This document shows positions 1 to 14,267 of a stretch of DNA of 64,000 bases, piece after piece. How positions within the stretch are numbered: the first letter of the stretch is position 1; each line of letters begins with the position of its first letter. A model generated the notes under the pieces. The model did not search any database. It was not told the DNA's origin and saw only the letters and a list, made by a program, of their open reading frames with translations. Source of the stretch: Verrucomicrobiota bacterium JB025 (GTDB lineage Bacteria > Verrucomicrobiota > Verrucomicrobiia > Verrucomicrobiales > Akkermansiaceae); the NCBI GenBank assembly GCA_030673875.2, contig JAUTCT020000132.1, positions 29,080 through 93,079 on the forward strand, given 5' to 3'. The position numbers and the translations under genes were made by a program.

Positions 1-215
1 CCGCCTGTCGCTTCGCGATTCATCGATCGTTCCGAGGGAATCACGCTGCGCCAGCCGCCGGAATCCCCACCCGCAACCGGGTTTCCGCCCCGCACATTCC
101 GCCAGATGCTGCGCGCATCATCCGCGCATTGCCGCCCCATGTTGACAGCTCCGCGCCCGGCTGACTAAGCGACGGCAACCACCCTCCAAGGGTGGCAAAC
201 AACGACACCACCACC

Positions 216-836
216 ATGAACTCCACCAAACTCGGAAACCCCGCCGTCGTCGGACTCGGCGGATTCGGCCTCACCACCCTGCTCCTCCAGATCCACAACC
301 TCGGGCTCTGCGGCATCGGCCCCGTGCTCGCCATGGGCCTCGTCTTCGGCGGTGGCGCGCAACTCGCCGCCGGCCTGATGGAACAGAAAATGGGCAACAA
401 CTTCGGCTTCGCCGCCTTCACCGCCTACGGCGCGTTCTGGCTCGGCCTCGGGGTGATCTGGATCTGCAACCACTTCGGAATCTACGCCTCCAGCGGCACC
501 GACGTCGGTTGGTTCCTCGTCGTCTGGACGCTCTTCACCCTCATGCTGTGGGTGGCATCGTGGTTCATCCACTCCGCGATGGCAATCACCTTCACCACCC
601 TCGTCGCCGGATTCGTCCTGCTCGACCTCGGCCATTTCGGGTTCCCCGTGCTCAACACCGTCGCCGCATACGTGCTCATCGTCTGCGCGCTCTGCGCATG
701 GTACATGCTCGCCGCCATCGTCATCAACGACGTCGCCGGCCGCGCGCTGCTGCCGGTCGGAAAAGCATGGATCTCCGCGAAATCCGCCACACCCGCGGTT
801 TCCACCACTCCCACCATGCAGGCAGACGCCGCCTGA
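216..836 (+). CDS. satP: Acetate/succinate uptake transporter, GPR1/FUN34/YaaH (SatP) family
   Basis: N-terminal signature LGNPAVVGLGGFGLTTLLLQIHN, about six hydrophobic helices, YGAFW motif. ATG at 216 chosen over the in-frame GTG at 192. Confidence 0.9.
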   Translation: MNSTKLGNPAVVGLGGFGLTTLLLQIHNLGLCGIGPVLAMGLVFGGGAQLAAGLMEQKMGNNFGFAAFTAYGAFWLGLGVIWICNHFGIYASSGTDVGWFLVVWTLFTLMLWVASWFIHSAMAITFTTLVAGFVLLDLGHFGFPVLNTVAAYVLIVCALCAWYMLAAIVINDVAGRALLPVGKAWISAKSATPAVSTTPTMQADAA

Positions 837-858
837 TCGGCCGGACCAGCCCCTAACA

Positions 859-902
859 AAAATCCCGCCCGGGCACCCATTGCCCCGGCGGGATTTTCTT
901 TT
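859..902. terminator. Bidirectional rho-independent terminator
   Basis: AAAATCCCGCCCGGGCA-cccat-TGCCCCGGCGGGATTTT hairpin (one mismatch) with A- and T-tracts, between convergent satP and GH2. Confidence 0.85.
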
Positions 903-963
903 GATCCACTCACGGCCGGATCCCCCCTTCCCTCAGGTGGACCCGCCGGTTCTCAAGCCCGAA

Positions 964-6016
<5,053 letters not shown>

Positions 6017-6028
6017 GCTGATAATCGG

Positions 6029-9000
6029 TTAGTTAACGGAGATCTCGTCGATGTACATCCCGCCGCTTTCCACGGTGGTGAGGCGGATCGTATTCGCACC
6101 GCGCTTGATCCGGATCGGCACGGTGACGGTTTTCCAATCGGACCCCCAGGTCTTGGTGCCCGGCATCATCAGCGCCTCCTCCACCACCTGGCCGTTCACC
6201 GTCACCTGGATCGTGCGGCCCGGACGATTGGCGACCTTCCCGCTGTAGCGGATCACCAGCTCCGCCGGTCCGGCGTCGCCGTCGTTTTCCTGATACCACT
6301 CGACGTAAGCACCCTTGGCGTGGCCGAAATCCACGTATCCCTTGCCATGGAACCCCTTGCCGTCCTTCTTCACCTTGGCGCGGCTGATCGTCGCATCCTC
6401 GGCTTGGTCGCCCCCCGGGTGGGTGGCGGCCCGAGGTGCGTTCCAGACGAAACCGACGTCATTGGCAAAACGTTCCTTGAGTCGTTGCAGCGGCTTGCCG
6501 CCGACGGTGACCAGGGCCTTCACCGTGGTCCCGAGAGGGACGGAAAATGGCGCGCTGTAGCGTGTCGATGCCGCCGTCGGCTCGCTGCCGTCGGTCGTGT
6601 AGTAGGTGGCGACGTCCAGCTCCGGAGCCTCGCCGCGCAGCGCCAGCACTTTCGTGTCGATGCTCACCATGTCCGAACTCACCTGCTTCTTCTCGCCGAG
6701 AATCGCGCTGGCGATCAGGGCGATGTCGCCGTCGTCACCGGTCGACTCCACATAGGCGCGGGTCAATCCGTAGAATGCGATGCGGTCGCTGGTGCCGTAG
6801 TGTTTCTCGACGTCCACCGGGCTGCCGTTGTCGAGCGCCTTGAGCCGCGCCGGGCCGGTCACGCTGAAGAACGTCCGGTTCTCGCCATACGGATAGAACT
6901 CGCCCTTGGCGTCCTGCGCGGCCACGCGGACCTGGACGATGTCCTTGCCGGAAGCGGCCAGCGGTTCGCCATCGATCGAGAGTGCGATCCGCGAGGGCGC
7001 GTCCGCGGTGCGGATGGTTTTGGTGACAATCGCCTTACCGCCCTTGCTGCCGACGGCTTTGAGCGTGCCCGGCCGCCAACCGACCATCCACTGGCACTGC
7101 ATTTCATTGGCCGCGGTGCCGGGTTTCTGTTTGCCCAGCGACTTGCCGTTGAAGAACAACTCGACCTCGTCGCAGTTCGAATAGACCCAGACCGGAACCC
7201 CGGTGCCGGGCTTCAGCTTCGGATGCGTCCAGTGCGGCAGGATGTGGACCATCGGCTTGTCGGTCCACTGGCTCTGATAGAGGTAGTAGAGGTCCTTCTC
7301 GAAGTTCGCGAGGTCGATCGCCCCGCCCATGAACGCGCGGAACGGCCAGCCGCCGTGCACGTAGGATGCCTCGCCAATGTAGTCGTAGCCGGTCCAGCGG
7401 AACGATCCGGCGTAGTTCGGGATGTCGCGCAACTGCTCGATGTTCTGGCGGGAGTTGAGCCGCACCGTCGCGTTGTCATAGCTGGAGTTGAACACCTGCT
7501 TGCGGTTGCCGCGCTTGTCCTCCTCGATCCAGTCGTGGGTGAAGACCTCGCTTGCGGTGAGGTCCGGAGTCTCATGCACGCCCTTCTTGAAGCCGTCCCG
7601 GTACCACGTCCGAGTCCGGTAGTATCCGCGCACCTGCCAGGTGTGGGTGTTTTCCGTGCCGATGAACACGCGGTCCTTCTTCAGTTTGTCGAACCAGCCG
7701 ACCCGCTCGCTGCCGCCGTTCACGCCGAAGACATCCATGTGCTCGGACCCCGAATGGCCGGATGTCACCGGGCGCGTGGGGTCCAGCTCGTGGCACAACG
7801 CCACCAGGTCCTTCGCCACCTTGCCGTGGGTTTCGTTGCCCACGCTGTAAATCACCACCGACGGGTGATTCCGGTCCCGCTTGATCCAATCCGTGAGATC
7901 ACGCCGCCACCATTGTTTGAAGTGATAGCGACCGTAGTCGTGCTGCGCCTTCTTTCCCCAGCCGTCGAAAATCTCGTCCATCACCAGCATGCCCACCTCG
8001 TCGCAGATGTCGTAGAACACCGGCGTCTGCGGGTTGTGCGACGTGCGGATGGCGTTGCAGCCCATCGCCTTGAGCTGCTCGACACGGAACCGCAGGATCT
8101 TGTCCGGCACCGCGGCACCCAGTGCTCCGGCGTCCTGGTGGTTGCACACCCCGCGCAACTTGACGTTCACGCCGTTGAGCCACATGCCGGTTTCCGGTTT
8201 CCACTCGATGTCGCGGAAACCAAAGCGCGTCTCCTTGCGGTCCACCATGCTCCCCTTTGCCCAGACCTCGCTCACCGCGGTGTAGAGTACCGGACTCTCC
8301 GGTGACCACAGCTTCGGCCGGGAAACCGACACCGATTGCGACACCGACTCCACTCCATCCGCCGTCACCTGGCGGGAACTCTTGACCCGGCCGACCACGT
8401 TCCCCGAGCCATCGACGATCGACGTCTTCACGTCAACGCTCTCGGCCCCGGAGGTCCGGTTGCGCACGTCCACATCCAGCTCCACCCGGGAACCACTCGT
8501 CCGGACAAACACGCCATCAACCGGAATGTGGACCCGGCTTTTCACGTCCAGCCAGACATGCGCGTAGATGCCGCTGCCGGCATACCAACGGGCGGCCGGT
8601 TGTTTTTCATTGTCCACCCGGACCGCGATCGAAATCGAGTCCGACGAGTCAGTCAGATCGCTGATGTCGTAGGCGAAGGAACTCCATCCATACGGGCGCG
8701 TTCCGAGCTCCCGGCCGTTCACCCACACGGTGCTGTTCATGCAAACCCCGTCGAACGCGATCTCCACGTGCTTGCCTTTCCAATCCGCGGAAACCGGAAC
8801 CGTCTTGCGATACCAGCCGATGCCCGCCGGCAAATACCCGCACGCGCCACCCATCGGATTGTTTTTGTCGTACTCGCCCTCGATGCTCCAGTCGTGCGGC
8901 ACATCGAGTGCGCGCCAACCCGCATCGTCATATCCCGCGTTCTCCGCGCCCTGCGGATCACCCAGGGAGAATTTCCAGCCGGTATCAAACCCGATACGCT

Positions 9001-9064
9001 CCGCCCGACAGACGAGCACGGCCAAAAAACAGACGATAAACAATCGATTCAACATACAAACCAT
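6029..9064 (-). CDS. GH2 glycoside hydrolase with DUF4982-like, FN3/chitobiase-like and CBM6/35-like C-terminal modules
   Basis: VPHDWSIE, GIGWYRK, FDGVCMNSTVWVNG, GVCNHQD, GCNAIRTSHNP, YSVGNET, YYTTDGSEPT and C-terminal GFHGKGYVDF...IDEI. Signal peptide present; alternative start at 9055. Confidence 0.88.
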   Translation of the reverse strand: MVCMLNRLFIVCFLAVLVCRAERIGFDTGWKFSLGDPQGAENAGYDDAGWRALDVPHDWSIEGEYDKNNPMGGACGYLPAGIGWYRKTVPVSADWKGKHVEIAFDGVCMNSTVWVNGRELGTRPYGWSSFAYDISDLTDSSDSISIAVRVDNEKQPAARWYAGSGIYAHVWLDVKSRVHIPVDGVFVRTSGSRVELDVDVRNRTSGAESVDVKTSIVDGSGNVVGRVKSSRQVTADGVESVSQSVSVSRPKLWSPESPVLYTAVSEVWAKGSMVDRKETRFGFRDIEWKPETGMWLNGVNVKLRGVCNHQDAGALGAAVPDKILRFRVEQLKAMGCNAIRTSHNPQTPVFYDICDEVGMLVMDEIFDGWGKKAQHDYGRYHFKQWWRRDLTDWIKRDRNHPSVVIYSVGNETHGKVAKDLVALCHELDPTRPVTSGHSGSEHMDVFGVNGGSERVGWFDKLKKDRVFIGTENTHTWQVRGYYRTRTWYRDGFKKGVHETPDLTASEVFTHDWIEEDKRGNRKQVFNSSYDNATVRLNSRQNIEQLRDIPNYAGSFRWTGYDYIGEASYVHGGWPFRAFMGGAIDLANFEKDLYYLYQSQWTDKPMVHILPHWTHPKLKPGTGVPVWVYSNCDEVELFFNGKSLGKQKPGTAANEMQCQWMVGWRPGTLKAVGSKGGKAIVTKTIRTADAPSRIALSIDGEPLAASGKDIVQVRVAAQDAKGEFYPYGENRTFFSVTGPARLKALDNGSPVDVEKHYGTSDRIAFYGLTRAYVESTGDDGDIALIASAILGEKKQVSSDMVSIDTKVLALRGEAPELDVATYYTTDGSEPTAASTRYSAPFSVPLGTTVKALVTVGGKPLQRLKERFANDVGFVWNAPRAATHPGGDQAEDATISRAKVKKDGKGFHGKGYVDFGHAKGAYVEWYQENDGDAGPAELVIRYSGKVANRPGRTIQVTVNGQVVEEALMMPGTKTWGSDWKTVTVPIRIKRGANTIRLTTVESGGMYIDEISVN

Positions 9065-9095
9065 TTCTTTTAGTTAATAGATAATTTCAGCGGTG

Positions 9096-11516
9096 TCACT
9101 GGTCGGACAGCAATCCATCAAAACGATTCTCCGACGCGTAGATCTGATAGCCCTTGATTTTCCCCGGATTCGGGCCGTTGCGCGGCAGATAGCGCAGTGA
9201 CCGGAACTCCTTCACCTTGCCGAGATCGAGCACCACCTGGTGCGGATGCCCCGTCGATTTCCGGGCGCCCTTGTATTGGGTGTGCCAGAAGGTCACCGGC
9301 TGGTTGTCGATGATGTTGCTCGCCGATGATGGCTCGGCGACAATCTCCTCGCTGTCGGCGTAGATCACCTGCCAGGAATCGCGGTCGAGCCAACTGTCCG
9401 CAGCATCCACCAAATGGATTTCGGCAATCGTGGCATGCGGGTCCCCTCCGTATGAATCGATGGACTGCAGGCAAAGGTAGCGCGCCTTGATGGTTTTTCC
9501 GAAGTCCACGAACTGGGCGTCATCGCCGTCCTTGAAGGTTCCCTCGGCGATGAGTTGATCGCCGTTCAAGCGAACCTCTTCGCCCGGCTTGCGGTTGTAG
9601 CTCAGGTTTTCATCCACCTTGAGGCCGTAGATGAACTCGGTGACGCCCCGCATGGAATGGTGCCCGGTCGGCTCGATGTCCATCACCACCACCTCATTGA
9701 GCCCCTGCTTCATCCAGCACCCCGGAAGATACAGCGTGTATTGCGGGCCGATGTCCCAGAACCGCCCGAGGTTGATGCCGTTCACCCAGACCATCCCCTT
9801 GCCCCAGCCGGTCATGTCCAGCAGCGTGTCGCCCACTTCGTCGACCGAAAAACCGCCGCGGAAAAACACCGGCAGGGACGATGGTTTCGCCGGTGTGCCG
9901 GAAAACTCGAGCGATGCGATATCCCCGGATTCCAGCGGAAAGGTGCGGATCTCCCAGCCCGTCACCGGTTTCCCGGCGAAGCTCACCTCGCCCAGTCCCT
10001 TGCGGTCCTTCATCAACTCGCGCGCGTAGTTCAGGTGCCCCATGTTCTCCACTAACACCTCAAGCTTCACCTTCCCGGCGGGAACCTGCAGCTTCACGGC
10101 ACTCTGCTTCAAGCGCCGGTCGAGCGTCGCCACCCGCTGGTCGTTCACGATGACGATCGCGCGGTCCTTCAGCGCACTGAATGCCAGCGGAAACTCCCCC
10201 GCCGCGGGGACATCGAGCGTCGTCGCGTAAAGCGCCAGCCCCTGGTTCAGGTCGAGCGCCTCCATGTGCGGCGCGTCTTCGGACACGAACGGCTTGCCGA
10301 ACAACTGCTCGAAAGACGCGGTCTGGTCCAACTCGAACTCCGCCACCTCCACGCGCTTGATCTGCGCCGGCGGCTCGGGCAGTGCGGTGTCTTCCGGCAG
10401 GAACTTCCGGATCGTATCCCGGAACGTGAAGAACTTCTCGGTGATGCGCCCGGTTTCATCCATCGGCGAGTCGTAGTCGTAGCTCGTCGTGTCCGCGCTG
10501 TATTGCCCGGACGACCAGTTGGCGCCCGAGTTGAAGCCAAAATTGGTCCCGCCATGCAGCATGTAGACGTTGAACGACACCTCGTTTTCCAGCATCCACT
10601 CGATCTGCTCGATGAATGGCGCCAACGCCTTGGTGTGGTGTTTCGCCCCCCAGTGGTCGAACCAGCCGACCCAGTATTCGCCGCACATTCTGGGCATGCC
10701 CGGATATTCCTCGTCGAAGAACGCGAAGGCGCTGTCCGCCCCGCCGCCGAAGTTCATCGTCGTGAACACGCCGTCGATCTGCGCGGTGCCGATGGTCTTC
10801 TTCTTCGGCCAGTCACAGCGGATGAACATGGTCTCGAACCCGGCAGCCACCAACTGGTCGTAGATCGCCCTGTTATAGGCCATGTCGTCCTCGTTTCCGG
10901 GACGGCCGAACTGCCCGTATTCATTCTCCACCTGCACCTGGATGATCGGGCCACCCCGGGAAACCTGCAGCTCCTTGAGTTGTTCGCCGACCGCCATCAT
11001 GTAGCGGGCGGTCGCCTCGAGAAACTTCGGATCATTCGTCCGCACCTGCATCTCCGGGTCCTTCAACAACCAGGCCGGCATGCCGCCGAAATCCCACTCG
11101 GAACAGACATACGGGCCGGGCCGCACGATCAGCCACATCCCCTCTTCCTGGCAGGTCCGGGCGAATGCCGCGATGTCGAGGTTGCCGGAAAAGTCGAACT
11201 CTCCCGGCTTCTTCTCGTGGGCGTTCCAGAACACATAGGTGCCGATGCAGTTGAACCCCATCGCCTTCGCCTTGCGGATCCGGTCACGCCAGTAGGCACG
11301 CGGCACACGCGGATAGTGAATGGACCCCGAGATGATCACCGCCGGTTTCCCGTCGAAGGTGAAACTCCCGTCCGACGCCCCGAAAACCGGTTGCTCCTCA
11401 CCCGGAGGATTCGGTTTGGGCGGCATCGGCAGCGTTTTACTCCATGCCATGCCAGTCAGCACGGCGGCGGCGAGAACCCCGAAACAACGGGCTCCGGCGT
11501 ATGGGTTGTTTCTCAT
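9096..11516 (-). CDS. GH35 beta-galactosidase with C-terminal F5/8-type (CBM32-like) domains
   Basis: SGSIHYPR, YVFWNAHE, RPGPYVCSEW, QVENEYG (acid/base), CGEYWVGWFDHWG (nucleophile), YMLHGGTNFG, TSYDYDSP and WGKGMVWVNG. Signal peptide present. Confidence 0.93.
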   Translation of the reverse strand: MRNNPYAGARCFGVLAAAVLTGMAWSKTLPMPPKPNPPGEEQPVFGASDGSFTFDGKPAVIISGSIHYPRVPRAYWRDRIRKAKAMGFNCIGTYVFWNAHEKKPGEFDFSGNLDIAAFARTCQEEGMWLIVRPGPYVCSEWDFGGMPAWLLKDPEMQVRTNDPKFLEATARYMMAVGEQLKELQVSRGGPIIQVQVENEYGQFGRPGNEDDMAYNRAIYDQLVAAGFETMFIRCDWPKKKTIGTAQIDGVFTTMNFGGGADSAFAFFDEEYPGMPRMCGEYWVGWFDHWGAKHHTKALAPFIEQIEWMLENEVSFNVYMLHGGTNFGFNSGANWSSGQYSADTTSYDYDSPMDETGRITEKFFTFRDTIRKFLPEDTALPEPPAQIKRVEVAEFELDQTASFEQLFGKPFVSEDAPHMEALDLNQGLALYATTLDVPAAGEFPLAFSALKDRAIVIVNDQRVATLDRRLKQSAVKLQVPAGKVKLEVLVENMGHLNYARELMKDRKGLGEVSFAGKPVTGWEIRTFPLESGDIASLEFSGTPAKPSSLPVFFRGGFSVDEVGDTLLDMTGWGKGMVWVNGINLGRFWDIGPQYTLYLPGCWMKQGLNEVVVMDIEPTGHHSMRGVTEFIYGLKVDENLSYNRKPGEEVRLNGDQLIAEGTFKDGDDAQFVDFGKTIKARYLCLQSIDSYGGDPHATIAEIHLVDAADSWLDRDSWQVIYADSEEIVAEPSSASNIIDNQPVTFWHTQYKGARKSTGHPHQVVLDLGKVKEFRSLRYLPRNGPNPGKIKGYQIYASENRFDGLLSDQ

Positions 11517-11553
11517 GGCGTCTGTCTGTCAGGAAGTACCCCGGGACCGACGA

Positions 11554-12981
11554 TCACTCGCCTTGGAACTGCTCTTGTCCGAAGGTGAAGATCTCCGACG
11601 GAGTCCGGGCTCCATCCATCATCGCACACAGGCGGTCGACGGTTTCCGGATGTTGGCCGGCGACGTCGTTCCGCTCACCCGGGTCCACCGAAAGATCAAA
11701 CAACATGACCGGCGCATTCGGCTTCTTGAGCACGTTGTAGCGCACCGCCTTCCACTTGCCGGAGCGCACGGCGATGCGTCCGCCACGTTCGTGAAACTCC
11801 CAGTAGAGATACTTGTGCTTCGGTTGCTCGCCCTTGCCCAGTAGCTCGGGCACGATCGAATGACCGTCGGTATCCGCGGGGGCCTTCACGCCCGCCAGCT
11901 CGGCGAAGGTCGGCACCATGTCCCAGAATGCAGAGATCAGGTGTGACTCGGAACCCGCCGCAATCCTGCCGGGCCAGTAGGCGACCATCGGCACGTGCAC
12001 GCCCCCTTCATACAGGTCCCTCTTGTGCCCGCGGAACGGGCCGTTGCTGTCGAAAAACTCCGGATCGGCGCCACCTTCCTGGTGGGCTCCGTTGTCCGAG
12101 GTGAAAATAATCAGCGTGTTGTCGGCGATGCCCAACTCCTCCACCTTGGCGACGATTTCACCCACCTGGTCGTCAAGCAGCGTGATCATCGCGGCGAATG
12201 CCGTCCGCGGTTCCTTCTGCGACTGATAGCGGCCCTGGCGCAGCTCCTTGCCTTTGTCCAGGCCCTTGAACGGTTTCGGTTCGTCGAACTTGCCGCGGAA
12301 TTTCTCCATGTATTCCTTCGGCGCGGCCAACTCGGCATGGGGAATGATCGAGGCGACGTATGCGAAGAACGGCCTGTCCTTGTTGTCCTCGAGGAACTTC
12401 AGCGTCCGCTCGTGAATCAGCGCGGGACCGTAGTCCCCCTTGGCCGTCCCCTTGTTGCCCTCGAGGATCACCTTCTTCTCATTGTCCCACAGGTGGAACG
12501 GATAGTAATGGTGCCCGAGACGCTGGCAGTTGTAGCCGTAAAACACGTCGAACCCCTGCTTCACCGGATCTCCTTCCGAGCCGGGATAGCCGAGCCCCCA
12601 TTTGCCGAACGCCCCGCTCACGTAGCCGGCCGGCTTGAGGATTTCCGGCAGCAACACCTCTTCCGCGGGAATCGGCTGCTGGCCTTCAGGAAGGATCTCC
12701 TTGTTGCCGCGGATGAACGTGTGCCCGGTGTGCTTGCCAGTCAGAAGCGCAGACCGCGAGGGCGCGCAAACCGTGCTGCCGGAGTAGTGCTGGGTGAAAA
12801 ACATCCCCTTGTCCTTCAGCGCGTCGATGTGCGGCGTCTGGAACTTCTCCTGACCGAGGAAGCTCAGGTCGCCATAGCCCAGATCATCTGCTAGAATATA
12901 GATGATGTTGGGCGGTCGTTTTTCCTCTGCGGTCAGGGTCGCCAGCAGGCTGAGGCAAATTGCGAGTGTTAGTCGGATCAT
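11554..12981 (-). CDS. Cys-type S1 arylsulfatase
   Basis: PNIIYILADDLGYGD, CAPSRSALLTGKH, TSDNG, YEGG and LYWEF. Signal peptide present. Confidence 0.94.
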   Translation of the reverse strand: MIRLTLAICLSLLATLTAEEKRPPNIIYILADDLGYGDLSFLGQEKFQTPHIDALKDKGMFFTQHYSGSTVCAPSRSALLTGKHTGHTFIRGNKEILPEGQQPIPAEEVLLPEILKPAGYVSGAFGKWGLGYPGSEGDPVKQGFDVFYGYNCQRLGHHYYPFHLWDNEKKVILEGNKGTAKGDYGPALIHERTLKFLEDNKDRPFFAYVASIIPHAELAAPKEYMEKFRGKFDEPKPFKGLDKGKELRQGRYQSQKEPRTAFAAMITLLDDQVGEIVAKVEELGIADNTLIIFTSDNGAHQEGGADPEFFDSNGPFRGHKRDLYEGGVHVPMVAYWPGRIAAGSESHLISAFWDMVPTFAELAGVKAPADTDGHSIVPELLGKGEQPKHKYLYWEFHERGGRIAVRSGKWKAVRYNVLKKPNAPVMLFDLSVDPGERNDVAGQHPETVDRLCAMMDGARTPSEIFTFGQEQFQGE

Positions 12982-12993
12982 GATATCGTAGGG

Positions 12994-14259
12994 TTATGGG
13001 CGAAATTTAAAGGAGAACACACTGATGGTTCCCGGTTCCAGGGTTGCATTGAAACTCTTCCGGCTGTCCGCGGCGAAGCTGGCCGACACACCTTCCGGCG
13101 GGTGCACTTCCGACCACTGGGTGCCGGTCACCGGGCCAATGATCATGCCGCTTTCTAGGCGGAAGTTCAGGTCTTTCCAAGTTTTGTCAGGATCAAAATT
13201 GAGCGCGTAAACCGTCATGCGGTCGCCCTGGAGAAAGGTCCGGGTGTGGAGTTCCTCGATGTCCAGGGTTTTCGGGCCATCCGGATCCACCGTCCTGACG
13301 GGCCGGGCATTGACCAGCGGCACCGTGGCGGCGTGCATCAGGTGGTCGCGGCGGCGTTTCTTCGGGTTGAGGTCCCACCACATCAATCCGTTCATGCCGT
13401 TGTCGGTGCAGTCCCACAGCGCGATGAACGAGCAGATCGCGCTTTTCATGGAATGGGTGCCGGAGCCCTTTTCCCCATGCTCGTCCCAGTGGAGCTCCGA
13501 ATGCCATTTCTCGCGATCACCGGCGTAGGCGAGGTCCGACTTCAGCTTATCCAGCGGACGGTGCCGGGTGTAGTAGTGGCCGCCGAAGACATCCATGGTG
13601 TCGCTCTTCAACGCGACGAACTTCTTCATCCACTGGTCGCGTCCCATCGCATAGTCCTCATGGCCGATGATCTTCGGCATTTTCAGCCCCCGCGCAGCCG
13701 TCAGCTTCCGCAGTTCGAGCACGATGTCGCGGTGCTTGCGCGGCATGATGTTGCCCTCGTTGAAGCGCCGCTCGTTATCAACCCCCAGCACATCCACCTG
13801 CAAGCCGTTGCGCTTCATGTATTCCAGATAGTCGATGAGCAGGATCGCATACTGCTTCGGAATCACGCCGCCGCCGTCCTTCGTCCACTCCGGAAACGAG
13901 TCCTTGTTGTCGAGCTTCTTGCTCGCGAAGATCAGCGTGTCCGGGCGGATTTTCTTCGCCAGCTTCATCGCCTTGGTTTCCGCGTCGTAGAACTTCTCGA
14001 CCACCACGCCCGGCGCCGGATGCGCCGGCTTCTCGCCGGTTCCGTAGATCGATGTCCGCAGGCCGTTGAAATCGTAATCCACCAGCAGGGTCTTCGCCCA
14101 ATCACCCCTGACGAACTTCCGCGGGGCTCCCGGGGATTTCAGGTCGTAGAACATCCGGTTGATCTGCGTCCCCAGGTCCCGGGGGAAAATCACCACCTCG
14201 TCCGCCGCATCCGCGAATGCGCATGACGCCAACAGAACAACCAGACATTTCATTTTCAT
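12994..14259 (-). CDS. Secreted putative clan GH-A glycoside hydrolase, GH30-like architecture
   Basis: Signal peptide, candidate acid/base GVDNE, GGHYY, candidate nucleophile WHSELHW and a beta-sandwich-like C-terminus (VYALN...LEPGTISVFSF). Start uncertain (14253-14271). Confidence 0.6.
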   Translation of the reverse strand: MKMKCLVVLLASCAFADAADEVVIFPRDLGTQINRMFYDLKSPGAPRKFVRGDWAKTLLVDYDFNGLRTSIYGTGEKPAHPAPGVVVEKFYDAETKAMKLAKKIRPDTLIFASKKLDNKDSFPEWTKDGGGVIPKQYAILLIDYLEYMKRNGLQVDVLGVDNERRFNEGNIMPRKHRDIVLELRKLTAARGLKMPKIIGHEDYAMGRDQWMKKFVALKSDTMDVFGGHYYTRHRPLDKLKSDLAYAGDREKWHSELHWDEHGEKGSGTHSMKSAICSFIALWDCTDNGMNGLMWWDLNPKKRRRDHLMHAATVPLVNARPVRTVDPDGPKTLDIEELHTRTFLQGDRMTVYALNFDPDKTWKDLNFRLESGMIIGPVTGTQWSEVHPPEGVSASFAADSRKSFNATLEPGTISVFSFKFRP

Positions 14260-14267
14260 ACAGTGCA

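Noticed and set aside
142-171. Perfect TTGACA upstream of satP
   Set aside because: No convincing -10 hexamer at 16-18 nt spacing, so it was not called as a promoter.
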